DNA from: Paraspadella gotoi
Lineage: Eukaryota; Animalia; Chaetognatha
Reading direction: 5' to 3'
Length of the DNA: 64,000 bases
Assembly (NCBI GenBank): GCA_051294375.1
Contig: CM119269.1
Span: forward strand, 14,519,918-14,583,917
The translations under genes and the position numbers were made by a program. Numbering within the stretch: the stretch's first letter is position 1; every line of letters begins with the position of its first letter. This document shows, one piece after another, positions 27,420-39,570 of the stretch. The notes below the pieces were generated by a model. It searched no databases. It saw only the letters and a program-made list of their open reading frames with translations, and was not told where the DNA came from.

Positions 27420-28496
27420 TATATATTATATCTACGAACAGGACGAGTGGACTTTTCGAGGCAACAGTTCTGACTTCTTTTCAACAATAAAATTTTGCTT
27501 CCTGAGACGAATTAACGATAATAAAGATATCTTTCAAATCTATTGCCAATATGCAACTACAATTCATAGAACTGAATAGGTTGGCCCTTTGAAGTTCTAA
27601 AACAATAAGAAACGCGGTTTGACTCACTTCGTCACAAGTAGTTGTGGGTCCAAAGTTCGATGTCGAACTGGTCACATCAGCATCTCACTCTCCATCAACC
27701 TTTTCTTAGAAATGAGCAGACGCAAACGAAACGCGCGTCGGGAGTCGAGACTCCGAAGTGGAGATTGAAGGACGCAGAAAAAAAAAGGAAACGGCAATTT
27801 CAATGTGTTGCGCCGAATTTACTCTCTAAATACCCTATTTTATTTGATCACGTAATTATGCAAGTATAAAATGTATAAATAAACTATGATTAATGATACC
27901 TCAGCTCTCTAGCGAGTAATAACCAAACTAATTCATATAAATTATACCCAAATAAATTATTGCTTGTTTGAACGCATTTACTATTTATTTTTTAAAATAT
28001 TTTCTAAGACGATACTGATAGATGGATAGACCGGCAGACAGACCGACGGAAAAGTGACTTACAGAGTTGCTCCGCGAGTGCTCTCGGCGTACCTAAGAAA
28101 AACTCTGCCTCCTCTCATTCGCTTCTGTCAACACTCCACGCCTCTCGATTCTTTAAAGACTTTTTTTTTTTTTGGAAGGAAAGTCCTCATTTTCGGAATG
28201 GAGTTTGTTCACGTATATGCGCGCTGACTGATGGTTTCAACCCCTGCAAAGGAGCAGCCGCTGGGGGTATGGGCTACGGGTAGGGTCGGAAAGAATGGTA
28301 AGGACAAAAGACAAGGGAGGAGGAAAAAATGATGATTAGGAATGGATCATCCCAAAGGTCCTTCTCGTCGTCGTCGTCGTCGTCGTCATATTCAATGTGA
28401 GGATCTTTGCGACGGAGTTTGTCGATGGAATTCCCGCCGGTGGCAGTAGGGGGGGGGCGTTGGTGTATGCGTTCTCTGGCGTTCTCTGATGGCGAG

Positions 28497-28571
<75 letters not shown>

Positions 28572-31289
28572 GAGAGACGGGGGCGTGGGAGGAGAGGGAG
28601 GAGGGGCATGGGGTAAGGCCGGCCAAAAATAGATCATTTTTTATCATTAAGAGTTCTGCAATATCCATCATGTACTTCATCAATATTTACTATCACTTTT
28701 TTAACTAGTGAAGCACAGTATAACATTGAAGCATTTAAATATTTATCAATGCATAGGCAATGAAAATATTTTTTAGTATTAATTTTATTTTTTAAGAACG
28801 GATTCAGATATCCCATAAAAAGTTGTTTACACAAAGTATAATGCGTTTTTTAATATTTGGAAAAACTCTTTAATATATGGAAAAACTCTTTAAAATCATT
28901 ATCATCATCATCGTACCATAATTTTTATAGTTTTTGCTAATTTTAACCAATAAAATTTGGAAATCTTGTTGTAATATTTTTTATTTATTTTTTCCAGCTT
29001 TACCCGAATCCGTTTTTAAAAATTCTGAATTAGAAAAAAAAATTTTCATGATTTATAGTAATATGATAAACTTTAAATGCTTCTATGTTATTAACTATAT
29101 ATAAAATCTAAAATTTTTTGTAAAATTTCGTTATCCCACAGGGATGCTCTAACGTTATTTATATTACAAAACTCTTAGTTTTTACTTTGTTCCGCCTTAG
29201 TATGGGGTGTCGAGTGTCGACTGTCGAGTCGGGAACGTCATCTTGGCGTCAATGGCGCTCGCTAATTTTCATCGTATGGCAGTTTTCAGCGACGCTGGTT
29301 TTTTACGATGGCGATAATGTCAGAAGTGGAGGTGACAAGAGCCTTTTTTTTAAAGATTAGCTGTGACACAAAACGAACTCGAAGACTTCTAACTTTCGCA
29401 AAAGATTTATTTATGAATAAACTATGCAAATAATATTAAACCATTATTGTTCTTCGTTTCTCTACGTGAGACATTGCCGAGTTGAAGGGTCGCCTGTGCG
29501 TATAAAAAAGTGTGAAGAGAAAAATAGTTCGTTTGTTATTTGCTATTTTGATTATTCACTTGGGTAGTTTAAGAGTTACGTAGATATTCGGCCTCGCGCC
29601 CGACGATACTCACGGAATCTCAACCGAAACCGTCTCGGAGAGGGGAGACAGTTTTTTTGGTTGGCAGTTTCGAAACTGAGGTTTTGATTTATTTCACGAC
29701 TCTGGTTGCTTGGCAGTGCTTGTCGTTGCTTGGTTAAGCTAGGGAACTGATCACAGGTGGGATAAAGTAAAAATGGGGTTCGGAGTTGAACATATCTCTG
29801 ACAGACGAGGAACGGGAAGTGAGAGATAAGTGATAGGCTGTGACAGATAAGATATGGGAGGTGAGAGATAAGTGATAGACTGTGACAGATAAGATATGGG
29901 AGGTGAGAGATAAAGCGACTGGAGGTAAGAGATGAGGTCCGGGAGCAAAGAGAGAGAGATGCAATAGAGGTTCCGCTCATGGTCGTTGTCATGTTTCCCC
30001 CTTTTTTTTTTTCCTTCGCCCGGTTTCGCGGCCCAAAAACCCGAAATTACTTATTTACAAGGGTTTTCCCTCGGGGGGCGTTGCTTTCGGACGAGGGAAA
30101 AACACGTGGCGCCGCCATTTGGAGAACAACTTTATGCAGGGACCCTTTTTTTTAAAAGAGCGTCGTCGTTTTTGAGATGCGGCGGTATACATTTTTTTCC
30201 GAATAACTGTATTTATAGAGAAAAGAATTATATACGTAAACAATAAATACGCTTGATGAAACAACCAATAATTGAATATAAATATTCGAGTTTCTGTGAT
30301 AAGTAAGTGACACGCTTCATTCTTCAATCCAGTATACATTAATACTTAATAAATAAAGTACGTTTAAAACAGAGGCCTTATTCCGGCTTTAAAAAATGAT
30401 CAAAATTTGAGATTACCAGTGAACCAAAAGCGAAGTTCTTTGTTTATAGTTTTCATCTCAAACGCGGAGTAAATTTGAAGTAATATCACGTGGCGTTCGT
30501 TGTCGAAGAAAGTTTAAATAACAAAAGTTTAAATAGAACAATTAACAAATCCATGAGGCGCATCTTCCTTCGCAGTCTACAGCGTATAAAGCCAACACAT
30601 ATGATATTTTTTCAGCCTCATAAACCAACTCTGCTCGTCCTCGGGCCGCATCCTCTAATAGCCAATTCCTCCGCTAGGTTTTTCTCCTCTTTTGTTCAAA
30701 ATGCCCCCACAGCTTTTCTCATTCGCGTATAATTCGCGCATAAATCATAATCAGTCGGCGCCATCTTTTTCCGTCATAACCTCTCGCGCCGTCTACCGTC
30801 GACAGTAGTAGCCTCGTCGAAGCCTCCGATGACTTCCAAGTGTGCGGACCGAATGGTCCGGGGTTCGAGTCCTGGTTCCAACAGTCACCTAGTTTTTTTG
30901 TTTGTGAATCGAAGTGACTGGCTGGAATTGCCTGTGAGGCGACAGATAGACATTTGTTATCAGTCGTCGATGTTGCAATCTTCATCAGTCAATCTCACTT
31001 TCAATGATTAATGTTTAATCTATCCAATTCCTTATAAAATATACTTAGAGGCGGTAGTTTCACCTGTCGCCCATGATGAGCTCCGCGCAAGAGATCGTCC
31101 GCTTTCTCCCCTCGAGCGCCCCCTAGGGACCCCCGCGATAAACTCGTCGCTCATCGCCCGTTCTTTCCCTTCATCCCTAGAGGCCGGAAGATAAGCGCGT
31201 TCCCCTCGCGGGAGACAAGAAACAAATGAAACAATATGCGTCGTGAAAACCTAAGCCACCGGCGGCCATAGTCGGCAGGCCACATACCC

Positions 31290-31350
<61 letters not shown>

Positions 31351-33133
31351 AATAAACCTTGCCTCCTTTGGTTACATACACTTTCAAAATAAAGTTGATC
31401 TATTTCTTCTTTAAATCCTCTTACTCCCTTATGTCATCAATATAAATTTTACTTTCCTCCATGTTGGTTTTTCCAAACTTATTAGCTCGATTTTCCTGTC
31501 TTTCTTTTTTCAGAGCACGAAGCGGACTTGCCGCTGGCCGGCCGCGGTCCCTGTCGCTGCTTCATGGGCGAAATTCTCTGCGCCAAAAGTGATGCCGAGA
31601 GAGGACGCCGCCATCGGCGACCAGGTCAGTTTTAAAAAAAAGAAGGAATAAACCATTATTACAATAGTGGCAGTTCCTGAGCTTCTGATAAGGCTGAAGC
31701 ACCATGATACAGTCGGGTTGACCAGCCCGTCCAACCCAATAAAAACAAAAAACGAACAAAATTAATTAAACCTTCAGGTTTGCGACTGTTTGTCGGCTTA
31801 AGCAGCACGGAACGAAACCTGCTGACGGAAAACTCCTCCGTGGATTTCGGGGACCGAAACGTCCTTCAGGGACTCCAAACTCTTTTAGTTACTCAAAGCA
31901 TGGTAGGTCCCTTTGAGCCATTACCGTCCTTTACTGATATTAATATGATCCTTACTTTGCAGTGGCTTAAACAGTTGAACAGTTAAAGCAACAATTAAAA
32001 ATTTGTTATTTGTTGCAGGTTGGAACAACGGATTCTCCGTGTGAATTGGTGCTACTAAACCAATCCTCTATTAATAACTACGTATTCGAAATTCGCCCTA
32101 CCCTTCATCCTCACCGATCGGGTGATGGGGAGATACCTGCATCAAAAACTATCATAGAACCGCAAAAATTAACCATAACCTCATCGTCGAGTGAAAAAGA
32201 CTGCATCTTTCCTACCCAAATGTTAAGTAACATGATAACATCCAAGTCTACCCTCATAACCAGCGACACGATTCTGTCCATTTTGAAAGTGGCTCTCGTC
32301 GAGTACGAAGCCGGCCACGCCCAGAATCACGTGACCTTTTTCGAACACGCAACGCAAAATGGCGGCGACCGTCGAGTTTCCGACGCAAACCGCTCGTCTC
32401 ATCATGAGAAATCGAAACATTTCGGAATAATACCTATCTTTGCGTTGTTTTGTACTCGATATGCATTGTTTTGATATTGTACCTTCCCCCGGAGTTGATA
32501 CAAATAAAAGTTTCCCTGTTACTATTTTTATTTTCTCGTTATCATCAATGAGGCCTTGATTATAATAGTTTTAAGCATTGGTCTACGTAACTATACTTAA
32601 CTATATAATAGTCAAAGTAGACTTCGATATTGTAGACTTCTATATTATTGACAATAATATATTGACAATAATAATACAATAATATTGTAGTCCTTGTTCG
32701 TGTTAGGCAGATTGCTATTTTGTTTAGTTGTACGCTGCTTCGTACTGAGGACGAATCGCTAGATGTCGTATGATTATGAACCAGATTAGAATATGTAAAT
32801 GAGATACAGAGAATAGAAGAGGATTCGACTGAAACAAAAAGGCAATCCTAGAGTTTCCCTAGTAACAAGATATACAACGTTTTTGGCTACTCATTGCCAT
32901 GCAATGATCTGTTAGTGCCACCATACTGATGCCAGATTAGTCGCTGATCACGTGACTTTCTCACAGTACACACCAATTTTCCCTTGTGAGACTTAAAATT
33001 AAAGTGAAAATTGTGGAAATAGTTTAATCATCGTCGTTATTTCATTTCCCGTCTTCTGTGTTTTTTTCTTTTGGGAAAAACTGTGATATCACCAAAAATA
33101 TTTTCGTTTCACATTNNNNNNNNNNNNNNNNNN

Positions 33134-33169
<36 letters not shown>

Positions 33170-36100
33170 GTTTGATTCTGATTCTGTGCTTAGTTTATAT
33201 TCAAATAGTTCTAAATTTAAATTATAAGAATTAAAACTTGCGAGTCTCGCGATCCCTTTTCTTTGAAATGAGACCATTTCCTGAAAACAAAGAAACGGTT
33301 TCAACTTTTACATATGTATATTTACAACCGAGATATTCTGGTATTTTATTGCTGTGCTTTATGAATCGTTAATGAAAAAAAAAAGGTTCTTAGTCTGAAA
33401 AATAACAGTTCATGTATAAGTAGTAGTTAAGCCTGAAGTCTGTGTTATTTCTGTTTTTGATTTTTACAGGGGGACCGAGTCTTGCTTTACCGGCAATTTT
33501 TGCCTGGAATTAAAATTTTAGAATCTCAAAAGTCGAATTTTTTTTCGTTTTAAAATAATGATTTCCAAGTTCACCATAAAATTTCACGTAAGTACCTCGG
33601 CATCTTATCATCTTGAATGGTGATTCCAGCGGACAAAAAGGTCTTTTATTGTGGAAAAATGGTTGTTTTTTCGTTAGTTATCAACCTTCATCATGATGCT
33701 TTGGTGAGAATTGGCGAGGTCAGCCGATGGCATCACGAGCGGGCGGTGGCGGCGTGGGAGGGAGCGTTGTTGGCGGAATCAGCTCGGCAGAGGGCGATGC
33801 GAGAGAGAGGACGCCTCGTCGGATGCTTCAACGACAGACAAGAATCGAAAAGGAGGAACAACCGCTAAACGGTCAGTTATACATTGTTTGAATATATTTA
33901 TCAGAAATGGTCCGACAGACAGATAGACACACCCTATCCAATGTATCCAAGCCTGCCCTTCTCATATTCGTCCTATTTTATCTTGATTACAATTCAGGCG
34001 AATCCTCCGCATGCCGTCGTTTCCTAAAAGATCTTCCGCTCGGGAATTCCCCGACTCCGGACGCGACGCGAGGGAGTTTCCACGGCCACGAGTTGCGGCG
34101 CGAAGGAGGCGGGGCCGACGGGATTAGGAATGTCGTCTCGTCTTCGCGGCCCCGCCCACCGACCGACGCGTCGCACTTGTATCCTGGATATCGGCATCCG
34201 AGTTCGACGGCGCCCTCGGCCCGCGACTGTTCCCCGTCTTCCCACTCGGCGATTTCGGCCGCGTCGGGCGATCTCAGCTTCAACGGGTTCAACGAACCCT
34301 CGCCCATTTCTCCTTGTTTCGCCACCGTCGACTCCAATGTCTCGCAGCAGCAGGGCATCCGATTCCTGCGAACGCTGCGAGACTCGCAGGCTCCGTCACC
34401 CGGCCACGCCGTCGACAATGACGCCATCCTCGACAACGGACGCGTGAGAAGTGGCAGGCAGCAGCAGCGTCACAACGCCAAGCTGCAGCCGCAGCAACAG
34501 GGATCGGGCGATTACGAGTCGACCAAGCGGGAGACCAAAGAAAAATACAGTGTGCATAACAACAGTGATGCGGTGAACAACAACAGCAACTGCAACGGGA
34601 TGCAGGTTGGTATATTGTTACGAGTCAAATTTAGTTTTACAGTCATTTACAAAATATTTGTATATTTCCAGGTCCAGTCAACTCTGTCTGCGCCTTTTGG
34701 GCTTTGCGCTTATTCCCCGATGGTGTCGACCCCGCCTTCGCCCGTAATGCTGATGCCCAACAGTGAGAGCGTCAATCGCATTGGCGGAGTCAGGTGAGTC
34801 TTCCGCTTCTACATTTGGAGTCAGAAGCACTCGCAAAGCATCCGCTCTTCTCTCCACCGTTCAGGCAAGGCTATTCCAGCGGCGGTTCGATCCGCGGCTG
34901 CGGCGGCGCCTCCGTCGGCTCCACTTGTTCGCGACTCGAGGATCTGTCGCGCCTTTCTTCCTCCGGGTTTTCGCTCAACCTCCTCTCGAATTCCACGTCG
35001 CCCGTCGGAGAAGCGAACCTTCTCATCGACTCCGGTTTGTCTAGTTCGAAATTATATTTTGTTCTTTGATTTATAATATAAATTTTATAATTAGTTATTT
35101 TAACGTCATCATAAGCACCGGGAGTATAATGAGTATAAGATTTGTTTTCAATATGAGAAATACTTTGTAACAAATTATTTTTATATAATATATTTTATAA
35201 TAATTGTTATTTTTTTTCTTCGATGTTGCGCGTTAGGGCTGTCTTCCGAGGGATCTAGCTCCAGTCACCTGCAACGTCATGGACATCGCGCCGCAAACAG
35301 TAAATTTTGTGAAAATTGATAGCTGGCGACAGACCTACTATGACAGTCTATTTATGAGACTCTTTTTCATTTATCCCACGTCCCGTTTCAGGCGCGTCGA
35401 CGGCGTTGCCACGGGCGCAGCAGGCGAAACGAGGAGACGGCGCCAAGTCCGAACATAGCGGCGCCTCAAAGGCTGAAACTAAAAGGACTAACAAAAACGA
35501 GAGCTCCTCCAAGTAAATTAAACTTCAGCTTTAGATTGAAACTGTTTCTAGTAGTCTTCCTTTCAGCGTTGAGGAAAAAGTTTCATTTTGCACCGTAGTT
35601 TCATGAGTAACGATTGATACAATGTAATTTAAAAAAATAATTACAATTGCTAACGTGCATTAACAATAAATCTTTTTTCAATCAATTACCGATATAAAAA
35701 GTTTCATAATCGAGATGCAAACGTTGAATTTCAATCTTTTATCCCGATAGACGTCGATCGATGGCGCCACGACAGGATTCGGCGACTTCGACGGGGTCTC
35801 ACGACTTGGACCCGGAGGAAGATTCGACCCCGACGGTCAAGACCGTCGCCAGGCGAGTCATTCGTTCAATCTTCCTCTCGATGACCCGTTTCTTTTCTCG
35901 TCGGTTTTATCCATAGTATAACTACGAGTTTCCCTTTCAGGAGATGCGCGTCTTCGAGCGGCTACGGGTCCACCTCCTCAAAGGAGCGTGTCGAGAGCCA
36001 ATCACCTCGGAGCGCTGGCGTCGCCGGAGCGAAACCTAAAGTTTCCTCTAGGGATGGCGAAGCGGCTAAAAAGTACGTCGGGATTGAATGAAATTAAAAT

Positions 36101-38757
36101 TTAAAATTATTTAGTCGATCCAACATAAAAAACATAAACAATTTTTGTATAACATCTCTAAATCTGTGAAATATTAAGGTGAGTGGACACTTATCAGACA
36201 AATTAGATGTATTTCAAGCCCAATATTATGTAGCACGAATTGTTGTCTTACCTCTCACCAACACCAATTGACCGGGCTAACGATATCCCCCTGAATTTTT
36301 TCTCTCTTCATAAGCGAAAATATTCATTTCAAGACAAGCCTGTTTGGTCTGCTGCAGCCTTTTTACAGCTAATTTTCACATTTTTTATCTTTTTCCAAAT
36401 TTCATTTTAGTTTCACCAAATCCCGCACCCTCTGCAGTCCACCATCACGAGAGAGGCGCAAGTCGTCTTCAGTCGCCAGAGAGAAGAGACCAAAGTCCAG
36501 TGGTCCCACTGGTCACGTCGAGATTTCTCTGGAACCAGGTCCGTCTCTCTCGCGCCAGTGAATAAATAATTTTTTTGTTTCTTTTTTTTTTTTATTTAGG
36601 TATATTTGCAGCTTTCTTTTCGCAGTGTTTTATTTGGTTTTAAGAGCGATTAATTTAATTTAAACTAAATCGCTGTTAAAACCAAATCGAATTGTTTTTG
36701 ATAAATTTAAATATTAACTATTTTCTTAGCCGTGCAAGCCTGCGGCCGCCCGCCGCTACAACGCGGTCGTTCGACGGAAAGCCACTCCACGACTCCCGGC
36801 AGCGCCGCGTGCTGCGGTGCTCGATCCATGGAGTCGACTGCGACTCATCGGCGACCATCGCTCCGCCGAGGCGCCTCCACCGAAAGCAGCTCCTCCGACG
36901 GAAAATCAAACAGAAAAGTCGTCATCTCCGAAACCCAGTTAAAGGGGCCCACCCCGGCGCCGATCGGAATGGGAGGCGCTGCACCCATTGCCACCGTGGA
37001 GAAGCTCGACGATTCCTTCACCATCAAGTAAGTTACAAATTTATTATGAATTATAAATTGAGTTCATAACTACTTTCCGTCTCCTTCTTACCCATAAACA
37101 GACCGGAAATGTGGCCGCCAGCGCCGCCGCGCCAAAAGCGATACCCGTCGGAAGTGGCCGAAATTGACGACCTCATCGTCGTTGAGAAGGAAGACGACGG
37201 CGAAGGGGACAGCGTGAGGAGGGCGTTGCCGCGTCGGTGCAGCGAGGAGGACAACTTTGGCGACGACGAGGAGGATCAGGTCTTAATTCTAAAGTGTAGT
37301 TAGGTCTAAAAATTAAGTCTAAAGTTAAAATTAGAAAAGACCAATTTCTAAATCAAATTTAATAATTAATTTGTTGAATGTTGATGATCAATTAATTTCC
37401 GTGTACTTCTTGGAAACAATGTTTTTACTTTTTAATCTTTGACCGAAAAAAAAAGTATTAATTTTAAAACCTTTTCTTACAGTCATGATTAAATCTTGTG
37501 TTACTGTTATTGTAACGAAATTGATTTAACCAAGCAAAAATAATAATAAATAAATAAATGAACAATAATAATTGAAGTAGGCCTTCATCCCTTTTACAAA
37601 ATAATAACATAGCAGTATCCTGCATGCTTTCAATCGAGTCAATTTAATTTATTTGTTGTTATTGCTTTTTCAGGACGATGCATTTCCGGACGAGGAGGAC
37701 GATGCTGATGATGAGGATGATGACGAAGATCCAGTTGTCGATGACGAGCAAGAAATTTTGGACGACATCAACGATGAAAGATTCTCTGATGACAACGACG
37801 CCGACGACGCCGGAGACGATGAGGATGATGACGGTGAGTGTTTGGATAATGTGTAATTTCGAAATGATTTTTGGATGTGATTGGCAATTGAACCAGATTT
37901 TATGATTGATAGTATCTGTCACATTTTCAATCTCGTTTATTTTCCGCGGAGTTTTCTTTTTCCCTTCTTAACTGTTACACCTTTCCTGACAGACGACGGA
38001 TCGACCGACGACGTGACGCTCGGCACCGCAGTGGGCGTGGCCTCGTCTCTCGGCGGCGGCGCTTCCATCTCTTCTCTCCATCACCACCGCTTGCATCGGG
38101 TCTCGACCAAAATCAATGGCGTCAAGTCCAAGGATTCCGGCAAAGAAAAGCGCCCCGGAAAGTCCGGGGTCGCTGCGTTTCTCGGCCGGTATGTTGAACG
38201 TTGCTGTAATGAAGTAGCATTATACGGAGTCGATTGTATACACTAAAAATTTGTCACATTACCTATTTTAGTACAAGCGCGTCTCAATTCTCCAAAAACA
38301 AATCTTCATCTCTTTCGAAGTTATTTTGTGATCAATTTTCATCGGTCTCTATTTCACAACCTCGTGCGGGGTCTGCCTCCGTCTTGGAACGTTATGGGTA
38401 TGTACAAAGCAAAGGGTACCGTTGATATTGTAATAAAGTGGGCATTTATTTGAGTATCAGATTATGGACAGATTAGAAAGGTTAAGGGAGGCATATACGT
38501 ATGTACTATGTAGTTGGGCATTGTAATATGTTTACCACCTATAAGTCGTGACCCGGCGGCTCATTGACCATAAGGTACCGGGATCGATCCCCAAAGGTAC
38601 TTGCGGGAAGCTGTAAACTGCCTTGGGGGCCTGGAAAACTTTCAAGCCCAGGACCCGTTCCATGGCTACTAGAGGGGGTTAAAGAAGTTGCGGATAGCAT
38701 TCTTCAGCCCACTTAGCTCCTTGTCCACATATATCATTTTGTGGGAGAAAATGGTAA
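24269..38757 (+). repeat. About 14.5-kb tandem segmental duplicate, copy 2
   Basis: Same content as copy 1. Differences are mostly 1-nt indels; N-gaps at 27201-27210 and 33116-33133. Confidence 0.95.
25549..32474 (+). CDS. Gfrl: Second, frame-intact copy of the four 3' exons of the Gfrl-like gene
   Basis: Exons 25549-25669, 31514-31624, 31778-31902 and 32019-32474 splice in phase to VYTEDKGCSLECSCRAASSWSCQSMPCLTQGQCQLQHAIYEHEADLPLAGRGPCRCFMGEILCAK..GLRLFVGLSSTERNLL..VLQGLQTLL..CELVLLNQS..HFGIIPIFALFCTRYALF*. This resembles the recalled insect Gfrl C-terminus (RGRCLCYSGRFIC..LLLGYS..E.LL..CTLTLFN) and ends in a GPI-like hydrophobic tail. Confidence 0.8.
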
Positions 38758-39570
38758 TATAATAGTCGAAATGGCGAAACCGATCATGGTTTATGAGGCA
38801 AAGTCAAAGTCAAATCAAGTACGTGTAGAGAAAGTAGCAAATGCTGAGATTAGATTGATGATCGGCCAATTGCATCCTAAACAGCCAATATCTTTTTTAT
38901 TTCTTTAACGTTGTGGTTAAACAGTTTTCTCTCAATAGGCATGAATTATGAATCATTGATTATTTAATTAATATTTTTTTAGATGCCGCGTGGATTCTCA
39001 AAATAGTCCACTTGACATCTTGACCGGACCTCAGCGACCCCATTCAGCTGCCACAGAACCTGTTACGCTTCCCGCTCTCACCAAAAGTCTATTTCCCAAG
39101 GTACTGTATGATTTTATACGTACGTACGTACTAAGTTTTTAATTCACGGATCTGTGAATACTTACACGCAGTCTCCATTAAACGAAAAAAGGTTTCAAAT
39201 CAAATTGTTTTCCATGTACGTACAATATACGAATTATATTTCTTTAGAGATTGATTCTCATTAACTATTTGAGTTTTTTAATACATCAATCAAACAATCA
39301 ACGTAGAGAGTTGTAACCAGCGCAAATTGCGCGCAAATATTTTAAGTTAGCAAGTTTCTTTTTTTTTAAATTTAATTTGCGTGGTATATTTATTATTGAT
39401 CATAAATTATTTAATTTAGGTGCCTCCCACAATTACATTTTGCGGCCCCAACGAGAAAGTGGAGCCTTTTCCCCCTGAAATCGCCAAACTGCTCAAGTGG
39501 CGCATGTCGCCTATCACTCCAAATATCGTCAAGCACACCATCGCACGCTCAGGATTCAGAGCCACGAAAA
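33678..39570 (+). CDS. TTLL4: Tubulin glutamylase TTLL4-like, 5' exons up to the start of the TTL domain; the catalytic core is not in the window
   Basis: Exons 37674-37833 (acidic), 37992-38187, 38983-39100 and 39420-39570 splice in phase to ..LPALTKSLFPKVPPTITFCGPNEKVEPFPPEIAKLLKWRMSPITPNIVKHTIARSGFRATK. This matches recalled TTLL4 PALIYSLFPNVPPTIYF..KLLRWKMSTVTPNIVKQTIGRSHF. Upstream GC-rich low-complexity exons (approx. 33678-33871, 33998-34604, 34672-35034, 35237-35299, 35392-35512, 35751-35902, 35941-36072, 36411-36558, 36730-37027, 37102-37279) carry indels. Start codon uncertain. Confidence 0.85.
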
